A stretch of DNA of 64,000 nucleotides from Basidiobolus meristosporus CBS 931.73 (lineage: Eukaryota > Fungi > Basidiobolomycota). Position numbers and translations under genes: made by a program. The notes under the pieces were generated by a model. That model ran no database searches and was not told the DNA's origin. It was given only the letters and a program-made list of their open reading frames with translations. The stretch spans positions 37,190 through 101,189 of the forward strand of contig MCFE01000298.1 of NCBI GenBank assembly GCA_002104905.1. The letters run 5' to 3'. Shown here piece by piece: positions 40,755 to 53,830 of this stretch (its first letter is position 1; each line of letters starts with the position of its first letter).

Positions 40755-42638
40755 TTCAATGGTGTTGATGATAGACTGGTGGGATCCTATTTCATTCTTT
40801 TGAGGGATTCCTGCGCTTTATAGTTCTCGGACCCATTGACAATTGGTGCCTACGTGGATGGGCTGAGTAAGGGTAGGTGGGAGTTTGTATACAAGATAAC
40901 ACTGGTGCCAAGAAATAGGCTTGGTCGTGGTCTAAAAATGGTTGATTTCGTTACCGCTTGAAATGCTAGCAATACAAGCCTGATCATGATTTGGCAGACT
41001 TGTCAAATCTCATATTTTGCATCACAAGTAGCGTTCATTTCCAGGTGCGCTCCAAATACTATGCTGATATATCCATGGTAACACGGTCAGAGGTAATGGC
41101 TTACTAAGGCTTGATTCTTCATTAGAGCCTAGTGGTTTTTACTAGTGACCCATGGCTTACCGAGAGACCAACTCATCCAACTTTATCAATAGCAATGTAG
41201 TTGGAGCAGGCTTTCTTTAGCTTGATTTGTGGGTGAGGATTCAGCGGGCTTTTCCATTTCGAGGTTACACCGGTATGAATTTGAAGTCAACAAAGGTCTT
41301 CTGGAAACAAGTCATATCAGTCATGATTGTTGCATCATGAAATCGTTGTAATCGCACCATTTAACTAATGTAGCAATTCCACCCTCGAGTTCACAAAACA
41401 CAGTAATGATCGCCCACCATCGATGCGTAGATGTCTCTCAGCAGACTACTAATCAAATGCTACCTGATGGTGTGAAGCGTGGGTTGAATGTGTGCCAAGT
41501 TGGGGGCTCTTCCTTCTAATCAGTGTAAACACGACTACATCACGGTATAATAACAAATGGATTACATAGATTTTCATTTACTATTGAAATATGTAAAACT
41601 GGTAACAAAGTTGAATGCTTACTAACAGATTCTGAGCAATTCAAAATAATTACATCAACTTGACCGCTTAGATACTGCTCTACGAGCTTGACAATTTCCC
41701 AGAGTTTGATAGGAATCCTCAGAATTGTCCTAAGATCCCAAACTTGGCACACCTGCTCTGAGACATTTTTAAACATATTCAACGTGTTTTTTCTCTTTGC
41801 AGCGCTCTATCAAGTATTCCAATACTCTACCACAATAGATAAAACAGCAATTGATCACACTAACGAGTGATTTCAATCACCAAGTCTTATTTAATATTGA
41901 GGCAATGATTGACCAGCATCAATGCTTTCTGTAGCCCGTCAAGTGACGTAACATTCTCATTTCTGGTTGAATGCTGATTACATACGTTGGAGTGCGATGA
42001 TTATTATTGCTAAACTATGAATTGTTTACTTCAGATTTATTTCGCAAGATATTAGCTAATTCTTAGAATCGGTGAGGACTTGGAAGAAAACTCCTCTAAA
42101 AGCCCTCAAACTTTGCACAAAACTTCCCGACCTTTCTTAAAACATTCTTATCATTAGTGTCACGAAGTACCCCTGAAAGCATGAATATATTATCTGAGCT
42201 CAGCAAAACCCCAAGCGAATATCATTCCACTCCTAGTACTCCAAATAACTTCTAAAACTCCATAGAACCTTGCAACAGCCCAAAAATTGGCAATGAATGC
42301 GTAATGAAGCTAGAAGTAACTGAGCAATATCATAGAAAAAAAATCTAAGCTGAAAACATATCCCCAAACCCAAGTTGGGTTATGATTACTTAGGTTTGCA
42401 AAAAGAAGCAAGTGCAGGACAAAACACCCTTGAATCGATTCAATTACGTAAGGTTGGTGTTGCTGATTAGTACACTGAGATGATGACAGATTAGCTTAGC
42501 GTGTATATCAGATATTCTGTTACTGCTGACTAAGACTCTTATATGCAGAGGGAGTTAAAGGTTTCCTGGTATACCAAATATGCTGAGAGCTTCGAGCATA
42601 TTGAAAGTAATCTGGTAAACTAGTTATGATATGGTTTT

Positions 42639-44216
42639 TGTTGTATGAGCTTGAAGACACTGGAAATGGTTGGGAGATCAAGTTGATTATGTGGTCTCCC
42701 TAAATGATTTATTGAGTGTAAAAGTGGTATTTATACTTCTACATACTCATGGCATAGCAAACATGAAGAATATGTTTAGAAAGATCCCAAGGGCATGTGT
42801 GCAGAGTGTGGGGTGGCATGGATAACTTTGAGATTTCTCATATTATTGGTACATATTCCTTTGACCTTTCTCAACATACTCCATGGGTATAGGTTTCCAT
42901 TACCATGCAAAAGTACTAATACTACTATGACACTCAATACCACTTTGGTAAAACCTGTTAATTATTTGTATTTACACCTACATATTTACCTAACTCAGAT
43001 GCCTAAGTCATTGCCTAAAAAGCTTGGAGAATTCTGCCTAAATTCCTTCTGGGATTTCCTTTAATTTATTGTGAATAAGTTAGGTGAATATTCAGGTGGA
43101 ATTACAAATTTTTACAACACTCTCACTCAATTAAATGAGCACTTTGACAAGTCCTAATTTTGACCTTAGATATTCAAATTTGTCACTAGCTAATAGCTTT
43201 GTAAATATGTCAGTAATCATTTCATCAGTAAAACAATAAACTAAGTTAACCAAGTAATTCTCTATAGCTTCACATATGACATGATGTATGATATCTATGT
43301 ACTTAGCTCTAGCATAAAAAGTCAGATTCCTACCTAATTGTATACATCCATAATTATCTTGAAATAAAGTAATAGGCATTTTTTGACATAAGCCTAAATC
43401 TTTAAGAGCTTCCCTAGCCACATTACATCTTTTGTAGCTTCACAGGATGCCATATACTCTGCCTCTGTGGCAGAAAGTTTTGTGGTTGATTGCTTTCTTG
43501 AATTGCATGAAATTGCTCCTTTGCAGCAGGGAAAGGTATATCCTGTGATGGATCTTCTGTCTTGACATTTTGTCCCCAATCTGCATCAGAGTATCCCACA
43601 AGATCTTGTTCTGAATTCTTATAGGTGAACCTTAAGCAGATGTCAGCAGTTCCTTTTAGGTATCTAAAAATCTACCTAACTACAACAATATGATTGGATC
43701 TATAGTTCTGATTTTGCTGACTGACAGCTCCTACTGCATATGAGATATCTGGACATGTTCTCAGCAAATCATACATAAGACTGCTGACCATAGATTGATG
43801 AGGAAAGTCAGGGCTTTCAGCTGGCACTAAGCTCTCTTGATTTGGTTGAGTTTTGACCAAGTTAAGTTTGTCTGCGTTTGGGAAGCTGCCAGCTTACAGT
43901 CTTCCATTTTGTACTTTTTTAGTATATCTTGAATATACTTGCATTGGCTTAGGGTGATAGCTGTTTTACGCCCACAGATTCTGTCTCATCCACCAGTAGG
44001 GTAATTCTGTTGAATAGATTTTTCATCTCTTCTCCTGGCAGCATCTTTGTAGTAAAGAGTTTTCATCTAAGATACACTTTCTTGAGAGCTGAACATGACT
44101 GGTATGTGTCTTCTAAAGCCTTCCAGGTATTCCTTGCGGTTTTTGCTCTTGAGCATTGAATTAGAAGTTTGTATTTGACATTAAGGCAAATGCAGTTATA
44201 GACACTTTGTTCTTTC
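42639..44216 (-). mobile_element. Internally deleted Copia element (3' LTR 42639-43119, RNase H/RT relic fused to gag relic)
   Basis: LTR ends TTTTTACAACA followed by the PPT. 'KYIDIIHH...DEMITDIFTK' is present. The RT sequence jumps to gag at ~43960. Confidence 0.8.
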
Positions 44217-46402
44217 TGTTGTAAAATTCTGTAATTCCATCAAAATGCTCACCTAACTTGGTCACTTAGATCAATACCTTTAAATCCAAGAGAATACTGA
44301 CCAAGTTCCTTGTTGGGATTTACTTGAAATATATTCACCAAAATACCAGGTACCCAGAACATGCAAATTCTAAAAGTTGTCCAAACAGCCCCAAACTTTG
44401 CACACATGTTTTTGGGACCTTTCTTGACCTATTCTATATGCTTGTTGTTGTAAAAGTCTGTAATTCCACCTAAATATTTACCTAACTTAGTCACTTAGAT
44501 CATTACCTTCAAATCCTAGAGAATCCTGACCAAATTCCTTGTTGGGATTTACTTAGCATATTTTCACCAAAATACCAGGTACCCAGAACATGCAAATTCT
44601 AAAAGTTGTCTAAACAGCCCTAACTTTGCACACATGTTCCTGGGACCTTCTTTAATCTACTCTATGTGTTTGTAACTTGGAGACCATGTAAAAGTATATA
44701 TACTACTTTTACATACAATAAGTCATTAAGTAAAAGCCACATAATCTACTGGTTCCCCCAATCACTTCCAATATTTAAAAGACTCTTACAACAGGTTATA
44801 GGCTTCAAGCTGTCACTCTCTGCAATGTCTACTACTGCTATTACTGGAATTTTTCCCTCTGCTGAAAAGTTTGGTGGATCTAACTAGCAAGTGTGGAAGG
44901 TGAAGATGAAGATGCTACTACAAGAAAGAGACCTTTGGGATATTGCCATGGGAGAAGAATGCCTTCCTAAAAATGTGGGAGAGGAAGCCTTAAAGTACCA
45001 GTAGAATGGACAAAGCGCATTCAACTGTATTTGCCCAAATGTTAAAGACAAATTGCTAACTCAATGCTCAAGAGCAAAAATGGCAAAGAATGCCTGGAAG
45101 GCATTAGAAGACACCCACCAGTCATGTTCAGCTGCTAAGAATATGTATCTGAGACAAAAATTCTTTACTACAAAGATGCAGCCAGAAGAAGAAATGAAAA
45201 ATCTAATTAACAGAATTACTCTGCTGGTAGATGAAATGGATTCTGTAGGTGTACCAGCTACTGATGAGGATGTGATAGTAACTATCCTAAATAGCCTGAC
45301 AGACAAGTTTCAGGGTCTTGTATCTGCCCTAGAGTCCAGAACTGAAGATTTGACCTTAAATTATGTATATGGAAGGCTCCTGGATGAAGAATTAAGAAAA
45401 TCAAGCACCGATAGCAAGGAAGAAGAAAATGACTTGATAAGCAATGATATCCAACAAAAGAGGTACCCAAGAACCTACAAATGCAACAGCAACCTGTTTT
45501 GCAACTACTGCAAAAGGAAAGGACCCACATCAGACTGGTATTGCAAAAAGAGAGATTATCAGCAAAAGAAGCCTGAATATGGATATGCTGCAACAACTGA
45601 AGACAGACTATTCATATCTGCACTAAATATGACCACAAACAAGGATTCTCAGACGTGGTATATTGACTTTGGAGCATCTCAACACTTTACACACCAAAAA
45701 GAACTTTTTACCCAATATCAAGAAATTCCAATCAAGAAGGTTTTCATGGGTGACAATAGAACACTTGATGCAGTGGGAGAAGGCACTATCCAAGTAAACC
45801 TTAGAAGCAGTGAAGGAAGCCATACACTGAACTTTAAAGAAGTATTGTATGTACCAGAAATAGACAAGAACCTGCTATTTGTAAGCAAGGCCACAGTCGA
45901 AGGACTCAGTTTCAGCTTTGACAATTCTGGATGCAGAATCACTGATCAAATGGTGTTCATATTGCTTTGGGTATCAGAGATCAGAATATGTACAAGTTGG
46001 CTTATATTGCATCATATCTGGAAGCCAATATAAGGAACTTAAGTGAGGGAATAGCAATGCTTTGGCACAGGAGCTTTGGGCACGTCAATTTTGATCATTT
46101 GCGCAAAATGATCAAAGATCAGTTAATTTCTGGAGTAAAAATTGATTCCCAAGCTAATTTAGGGCACTGTGAAGCCTGCATATAAGGGAAGCAAGCCAGA
46201 CAACCGTTTGAGAGCTTTGCGTTAATCAGAACTAAGAAAAAATTAGATCTACTTCATTCAGATCTGTGTGGACCTATGCAAAATTTATCCTTAGGTGGGA
46301 TGAAGTATTTAATCACTTTTATTGATGATTATACAAGATAAATATGGGTCTACTTCATGGAGAGAAATGAGGAAGCTCTGTCTAAGTTCAGGGAGTTCAA
46401 AA
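44217..46402 (+). mobile_element. Copia element with tandem 5' LTRs (44217-~44441 truncated; 44446-44793), gag-protease-partial integrase
   Basis: Two LTR starts TGTTGTAAAA, a degenerate PBS, and ORF 45053..46033 (gag, knuckle, 'WYIDFGAS'). It is followed by 'HSDLCGP' and then switches to a minus-strand gag fragment at ~46403-46540. Confidence 0.85.
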
Positions 46403-46699
46403 AGAATTTTTGTCTCAGACACATTTTCTTAGCAGCTGAACATGACTGGTAGGTGTCTTCTAATGGCTTCCAGGCACTCCTTTCAGCTTTTACTCTTGAA
46501 TATTGGGCATGCAGTTTGACTTTGACATTGGGGCAAATGTAGTAAGTGATAAATGGTTTTTTCTTCCATCACTTTTGTGGGAGTCCTCAGGGTATTGAAA
46601 ATGACTGGAGTCCAGCTAAACTATGAAAAATTTGCTAGATAACTCATTGCATGCAACAATACTATTTATACTTATGCATGGTGTTGGCAAAACATAGAG

Positions 46700-47110
46700 T
46701 ATGAATATGTCTACAAAGACCCCAAGAGATTGTATGCAAAGCTTGGGCTGTCTGTGTTGTGCAAGTTCTGGAGATAATCAAACTGATTGGTAGAGCAAAG
46801 AGATTAATTAGTTTTCATATCATGATTACTGAATGTGTAAGTAGATTCTATTATTACAAAATTCTGCTTGCACAAGCACCTAGAGTATGGTGAGAAAGGT
46901 ATCAAGAGCATGTGTGCAAAGCTTGGGGAAGTATGGACAGCTTTGAGATTTTCATATCTTGGAAACCCAATGTTTTGAGGGAAATATTTAAAGTATTTCC
47001 CAGCATGAAGTTTGGCCAAAATCCTCTAAGATTTGTGGACTTAATCCATGTGACCAAGTTAGGTGAATATTTAGGTGTAATAACAAACCTTACACCTAAA
47101 GCAAACATCA
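46700..47110 (-). mobile_element. Old, diverged Copia-family LTR remnants
   Basis: Motifs 'catgtgtgcaaagcttgggg' and 'ccaagttaggtgaatatttaggtg' are shared with the intact LTRs. Confidence 0.55.
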
Positions 47111-47406
47111 TCAGCTTCATTGATACTATTCACTCCACTGCTGTAGTTGAGGTGCTAAATACTTATTGGCAGTCTCATGATCTTGGTAATGGGAGAATAC
47201 AGGCATAAACTTCCTGACCAACCTGCTTTCAATATAAACATGAAATGTTCCAGAGCTTGATCCAGAAAAGGCACCCATGCTATTGTTACCTATAGATTTA
47301 TTTAAATACATCATTCCATGGCAAGGAAAAGGAAGGTGATTCTAGAGAATCAGAAGAGATATATATTCTAGAGAAGGGATAGCCACTCAACAAAATAGGT
47401 GCCGCA

Positions 47407-48692
47407 TTATCCATTCAAGAATCCGGCAATGATGGACACACTGCTTCTATATTGAGGAGTATCCGTGGGCGATGTGATGAATCCATGCACGGCACCAATG
47501 ACTCGTACAGCACAAGCATCAACCCCCACTTCGGTCAACCGACGCGCGTAATGTTCACCCTCATCGCGGAGTACATCACATTCAGCCAACACAACCAAGC
47601 AACGAGGTAAACCCTTCAGATCATCATCAGAGCCCAAGAGAGGACTGCTGAGTACGTGTTCTGGTCCATAAATGATATAATTTCCGCGTTTTGTCTGATA
47701 TTTATGCTCATGGTACAAGCAGCTCATATTAATAAGTGCTTCAATTGTGAGTATATTGTCGCCACTTCCATAGTCGTAAAAGGAGTCATAGCATTCACGA
47801 TCAAAGGCCACAGATGGATAGATTAAGATTTGATTCTTCACCACATTGCCTTGGCCTCGTTGTTTGAGCAAAACTAGAGATAAATGTTAAGTTACCGGCT
47901 CTTTTACCTTGTGGGTTGGCACTTACTTGAGACAGCGGCAGAGAGGTTTCCACCTAAAAATGATGAGAGTAAATCAACCGAGTATTGTAGACAATAGGAT
48001 TGTCGGGCTTACCCGCCGAGTCACCAAACACAGTCAATTTGGAGGGATCGACATTGATAGAGGCGGCATTTTCATACACCCACAGAATAGAAGAATAGGT
48101 TTCTTCAAGCGCGACTGGGTATTTCACTTCAGGACTGAGGCTGTATTCCACGTAAACCACCACAATGCGGGCTTTCACCACAAGCTATCAACAAGCAACA
48201 AAATAAGCATATCAGCGTAACGGTGAGAATGTTAATCTGGTTGTAATACTCACGTCCTTGACAAACTTCTCTGATACCTTGAGGCTTCCCACAATCCAAC
48301 CACCCCCATGCCTTGAGAATGATATAAAATCGTTAGTCTAAAAAATGGTTACGGAAGGAGAGGTGTATTGCTCACAGGTAAACAGCTACAGGTAGTATCT
48401 CGTTTTCGGAACCTTTTGGCCTTAGCAAAGTCAAGGTCACTTTGCCAGTTCCATTTTCAGCTGACGTTGGGATCTCCTTTGTTATGATAGGTGCTATTTC
48501 GGGCATGCTTTTAAGAGGTGGGGGATTGTTGAGTAAGTCGCGTTTGTCAATGATGTTTCTATCGGCGAGGGATATCCCAGAACTCTTGAATGCAGCCATC
48601 CCTTTTACGTATAAAGGATGGGCAGGAGCAGGACCAGAAGGGGACTTCCTCCTGATTCCATGTCCTTCTTCAGATAAAAATACCGTACTCAT
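47407..48692 (-). CDS. Alpha/beta hydrolase, hormone-sensitive-lipase family esterase (multi-exon)
   Basis: 'VAVYL|HGGGWIVG', 'EYSLSPEVKYPVALEE', nucleophile 'GDSAG', 'LIYP', 'ECDVLRDEG' and 'HGF' give the catalytic triad. Three GT-AG introns. Confidence 0.92.
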
Positions 48693-48723
48693 CTTAGAAT
48701 GTAAGGTTTTGAAAGAAAACACT

Positions 48724-48724
<1 letters not shown>

Positions 48725-48754
<30 letters not shown>
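48725..48754. repeat. (AC)15 microsatellite
   Basis: Seen directly, just upstream of the esterase ATG. Confidence 0.95.
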
Positions 48755-48755
<1 letters not shown>

Positions 48756-48798
48756 GATGAAGGTCTTAATTTATATTTTTCAAATACCAAGAAATCAT

Positions 48799-48903
48799 GA
48801 TTTCCAAAAATACGACTTCCATTCCTGGTAATTCTGCATGATTTCCAAAAATACGACTTCCACTTCTGGCGATATCATACGATTTCCACAAATACGACTT
48901 CCA
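48799..48903. repeat. Three-copy 41-bp-period repeat with core GATTTCCA(A/C)AAATACGACTTCCA
   Basis: Cores start at 48799, 48840 and 48881. The intervening sequences are related but diverged. Confidence 0.9.
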
Positions 48904-49379
48904 TTTCTGACGATGCGAAATTGACTGACTTGTCAGCAACATCAATCTTGATTGACTGCGATACACTGTGCAAGCAACGAAATCTAGTTTGAAGAGCCAC
49001 GATATATGCCCTAGTACTTGGATGACCTTTCCAAAATTGATTTCTTCCTTTCTTGTCTGAAAGATCTCAAGAAACATTGGAAAGAATTCAGTGGAGCATA
49101 CACAGTCTCTGAGCTTTGGTGATTATTGTCGTTGGTTTTTCGTTTTTTTTACCAACAAGACATAAGCATGGTTAGCATATTGCCTGAGAGCTCCATATTC
49201 ACTAGCAGTAGCTAAAATGCTTAAAGGGGGCTTGACCAACTGGTTGGCTAATATAGAGCGATACATAACTTCATAGATAGCAATACTGATAGACGAAATA
49301 TGCATTATAAAAAAGTTGTTTGTGCCGATCGCAATAGTAGCATCTTTTCTTCAACCAAGTCTTGAGCTGTTAAAAGAGC

Positions 49380-50450
49380 ACTTTGTTGAGAGACGTCAAA
49401 AGCAAAAGGTCAAGAAACCGGCTTGTTTGCCCTAGCTGCTGTATTCGTTGGCAGTTTGGAAAAGACCGTAACCGAGAATGTTACATGCTGCACCGACTAT
49501 AGGAAACGGCTTTAGACTAGGGTATCTTTTGACTAGAATACTAGAGCCAATAAATCCACCACTAAGGTATAAGGAAAATACCAGGGCCAGTGCTGTCCGC
49601 ACCAAACACAGATTGGAAAAAGATAGATCCAAAGTAAAGTGCGCCCCAAACAGAACCTGTAAACATACACTAAGGTAACGTCACAGGCAAAAGAGGTGCT
49701 GCGGCGACTCACCCTTCCATGCAAGCCAAAGCAATCAGGGACACACGGGCAGCAGCGAAAGGAGTAACCATCTGCCCATACAGAGTACCGCAATTAAGGG
49801 CCAAAAGCAAGCAGTCAGTAAAATCAATAGAGAACAGAGTCCCAAGCCAGTATATTTCTGTAACTTTTGCTTTAATGAATTTTTGTTCTTCTTGCCGGTC
49901 TCTGGCAAGAACACAGTGAGCAGAATAAGGGCTACTGCACCGCTGATCGCGTTTAACCAGCAGTCCCAATGCCGAGTAACATGCACCACAAATGTACCAT
50001 CTATAGTTATTGCGCGAAAAAAGCTATTTAGCCATTCAGTTTGCTATCTTAAATATTGAACAGAAATTACCAACTGTGGGTCTACAACGCTGGTACCCTC
50101 TCTCCTCGTCCCAAACAAAACGCTATAGTATCGGTGGCTGCGTCAAACCATTAATAAATACGATGTGAACTCTGAAAAAAAAAATCTGACCAATATAGAT
50201 ACACTGATCTCTCTGCGTTTAGGTCACAACCACAATTGGAATAATCAACTCGTTCAGTTGTGAGTGTCTTTCGTAATGCACAAATATACCAGAAAATAGT
50301 TGGCATAAATGACGTGGAATCCGAATAATTCTCACAGACATATTACCCGTAACTGGAGGGGCTTTGTGTAATGTGAGGCTGCCGGGATTTGCTATCATCA
50401 CAATACTGATGAGTGAACTGAATATTACTTGAACACGAATATATATGTGA
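49380..50450 (-). pseudogene. Major facilitator superfamily transporter relic (DHA2-like)
   Basis: Frameshifted fragments 'WLNAISGAVALILLTVFLPETGKK', 'IDFTDCLLLAL...GQMVTPF', 'GGFIGSSILVKRY..LKPFPIVGAACNILGYGLF'. No continuous ORF. Confidence 0.5.
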
Positions 50451-50864
50451 TCAGAAAATACCCAGATTTATTGACTCTCTGGTATCTTCACTAGAATTGG
50501 CACGCTTTTCACTTTTGTTGCATTTGACCCAGTCCAGAGACAAACATTAATCAAATAATATAGCGTGAGAGTAGCACTTTTGATGTAAATTATTTGGTAT
50601 CTGGATCTTTTGAGTTTAAGCCTCAGTATTGATGTTTGCGGATCTAGAGGTTACTGAATTGATATTTTTGCAACACCTACCGAACACATCTATTCAATCC
50701 TTTTGCCTCAGTATTTGGCCTACTATGTCAAGCAAATCTATTGTTCACTATCCAAGGTAGTTCAATTAATCAGTATTGAAGCCTAGTTATTATATATTGT
50801 TCTATTATACCTCTGAGATAACTTATAGGGGAGATCACTTGGTTCAGTTTGTGAAAGTTCTGAG

Positions 50865-51620
50865 TGTTGTAAAGATCTGTAATTCCACCTAAATATTCAC
50901 CTAACTTAGTCACTTAGATCATTACCCTCAAATCCTAGAGAATACTGACCATACTCCATGTCAGGATTAGAATATTTACCCAGAACATGAAAATTCTCAA
51001 AGCTGTCCAAACAGCCCCAAACTTTGCACACATGCTCTTGGGACCTTCCTTAACCTATTCTACATATTTGTAATGCCAAGACCAGGTAAAAGTATAAATA
51101 CTACTTTTACATTCAATAAATCATCAAGTGAAAGCCACATAATCTACTTGTTCTCCCAATCACTTCCAATATCTCCAAGACTCATACAAAAGGTTATGAG
51201 CCCCAAGATGTCACTCTCGGCATTGTCTACTACTGCTATTACTGGAATTTTTCCCTTGGCTGAAAAGTTGGATGGATCTAACTAGCAAGTGTGGAAGGTG
51301 AAGATGAAGATGCTGCTAGAAGAAAGAGGCCTTTGGGATATTGTCATGGGAAAAGTATGCCCTCCTAAAAACATGTGAGAGGAAGCCTTAAAGTACCAGA
51401 AGAAAGAACAAAATGCCTTCAACTGCATTTGCCTTAATGCTAAAGACAAATTGCTAATTCAATGCTCAAGAGCAAAAACAGCAAAGAATGCCTAGAAGGC
51501 ACTAGAAGACACCTACCAGTCATGTTCAGCTGCCAAGAAAATGTATCTGAAACAAAAAATTATCACTACAAAGATGCAGCCAGGTGAAGAAATGAAAAAT
51601 CTAATTAACAGAATTACCCT
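50865..51620 (+). mobile_element. Truncated Copia (5' LTR 50865-51191, PBS 51192-51203, gag start with stops)
   Basis: LTR start TGTTGTAAAG, a perfect GGTTATGAGCCC PBS, and gag 'EKLDGSN*QVWK'. Confidence 0.85.
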
Positions 51621-52351
51621 GTTTTGTGCATCAACATCTAAAACTTGACCAATTTTACTCCGTTAGCAAATTTAGTACCCTAACTGATTTTCCCTAACCC
51701 AAACATAACTGATCCCTGTTATGGTTTATTTTATCACTTCTCAGAATCTTTTTTGGCTGTCACACCTGATCAATTTTCATGTGGTCATTATGTACTAAAC
51801 TGATCTGCTAAGCCTTTCCAAGTGATTAGTCATCTGAGATTTATCCAACCACTTAGCAGTTGCCAAGACATCAGCTTATTAATGATGCTATCGTTCATTT
51901 ACCTTATGCACCTCTCAACACCCCAACAGATTTCAATTAGTCAAGTCTCTTGGCACTTACTAATGCAACTCAATCAGAAAAGTATAAATAAAGTATACTG
52001 AACCTTTTGGTTTGGTGTGTGTCTCAACAAAATTAGAATTGTGCTTCAGCAAAATTAAGAATTCAACAATTCCGTTCTAGTTTCCACCCAAGCCCAGCAT
52101 ATCTAGTATTCTCAAGAACACCAAGCCTAGCCTGTTAAGCAAACCAACTCTGTTGCCTTTATAGCCCAACTCAACTATATACAAAACCAATATTAGACCA
52201 GAACTTCTCTGCTAATATTTCTGTCACCCTTGACAGTTCTAAGATTCTGCACTTAGTTATCATTAGGCTCAGTTAACTCATTCAAGAGTTTTCTTACACT
52301 TTTCTCTTGTATACAGCATTTTTTTTGTTGAATTCCATTACACTCAACCTC

Positions 52352-53419
52352 TGTGGTGGTGTATAAGTCCAAGGGAGTGATACATCCAACACTTCTCAAG
52401 TGTTTTGTGTGTGGGGTGTTCACTGGGTGCAATAACCTCTGGCAAAAGCTTGCTAGGAATACTTGGGTTCTGTCTCTAATCTAATGTGAAGGGGAATAAA
52501 GCCACAAGCTTGTCAAGGGAAAACTATTGAGCTACAATCCCCAACTTAGTTGGTGTCTTAACAAAAGTATGTGCTGGGTTCAGTGTCCTTTGAGATGACA
52601 ATGTACTAAAGCTTCCAAAGTCAAAACAACTGTAAACTCCACCAGCAGGGACTTGATAAGAATGCAGCTGTGGTCAATAGGTACAAAGACAGAAAAGTTT
52701 CTTTGCCTGTACAAGAACAAACCTGGGAAAGAATCAAATATAATAAAAGATACCTACTCTGAGTATTCCCCAGTAGTGCCTCCAGGGTCAGTTGGCTGTC
52801 AGTGTGGTTTCCTGGGAGTGTCCTGTGGTCTGGGGTTGGAAGTTCAGGTAGCAGCAGGTAGCAGTGATTACACTAATCAACAAGTTGGTATATTGATAAA
52901 AGGGATGATGATTTATTGTTGAGGGATAGCCTCCCTTATATACTTTTCTCACTGGCTAAGTGATTACTAATCATGGTGTTCCAGAAGGTTCCAAATATCA
53001 ATAGAAATCTTAATGACATCATAATGACCTAAGAATGTTCTAAGTATGTGCCGGAAGGTTCCAAGAGGCACAGCACATCCAACCAATCAGGAGTCAGTAT
53101 TCTGAAACCTGTGTAACATAGGGATACCATATATGGTATGGAAATGGTAGGGATGGTTACATGGGTTGATCATGTGTCATGGGTACTGGTGCAAGTACTT
53201 GCCTAATATAGAAGTACTTATAGCTAGTAATCTTACATAAAGTGAGGGGCAACTTATGCAATAAGGTAAGCAAGTGTGATAGTCAACCGGCTTATGGGAT
53301 AGTACTGATTGGGTAAGACAAATGGGACAAAACTAAAATAAGTGTAGTAAAGATATAGGGAAGTAGAAAATATGGGAATGAGCACATCTGTCAGTGGGAG
53401 TCACTGTCACCCCACTAGA
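52352..53419 (-). mobile_element. Second full copy of LTR family B (inverted)
   Basis: Reverse complement of 7391-8461 along its whole length. The flanks do not form a TSD. Confidence 0.85.
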
Positions 53420-53830
53420 CTGCATTACAATATGTCCTCAGCAGCAAGCAATCCAAATCTTTCCATGTTGGAAGAAGCCCGCAGAAATCAGGAAGAGCTA
53501 ACTCAACAGCTTGAAAACATCATGCATGAAAGAAACACTTTGATGCTTGATCACTCAAAGCTTGCCAAGACAAGATCTGACAATCATTGTAGAGATGAAC
53601 TTCTTGAAGTTATTTCCAGTTATCATGATGAAATTGGAATATCAAGGAAGCCCTGGAGAATGTTGCCATTGTAATTGACAGCATTGAAAATCCGCCAAGC
53701 CTTACTCAGCATCAGCTACCAAGAGGTCATGCCTTTGGATCCTCCAGATCTACATCTCCCTCTAGGCCTACCCTGATTGTTGTCCCAATATCCTTGCCTC
53801 TTTATGCTGAAGGAGCCAATGCCATAAAGA

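Noticed and set aside
48693-48752. N-terminal 'MCVCVCVCV' extension of ORF 48372..48752
   Set aside because: Translation of the (AC)n microsatellite. The real start is more likely the ATG at 48692.
48799-48903. CRISPR-like repeat/spacer appearance
   Set aside because: Only three units, spacers of 18 nt that resemble each other, a eukaryotic context and no cas genes. It is a minisatellite.
53395-53419. Helitron-like 3' end (hairpin plus CTAG) for repeat family B
   Set aside because: The 7391-8461 copy has a 4-bp TSD, inverted-repeat termini and TATA/AATAAA architecture, which fit an LTR. Helitrons make no TSD.
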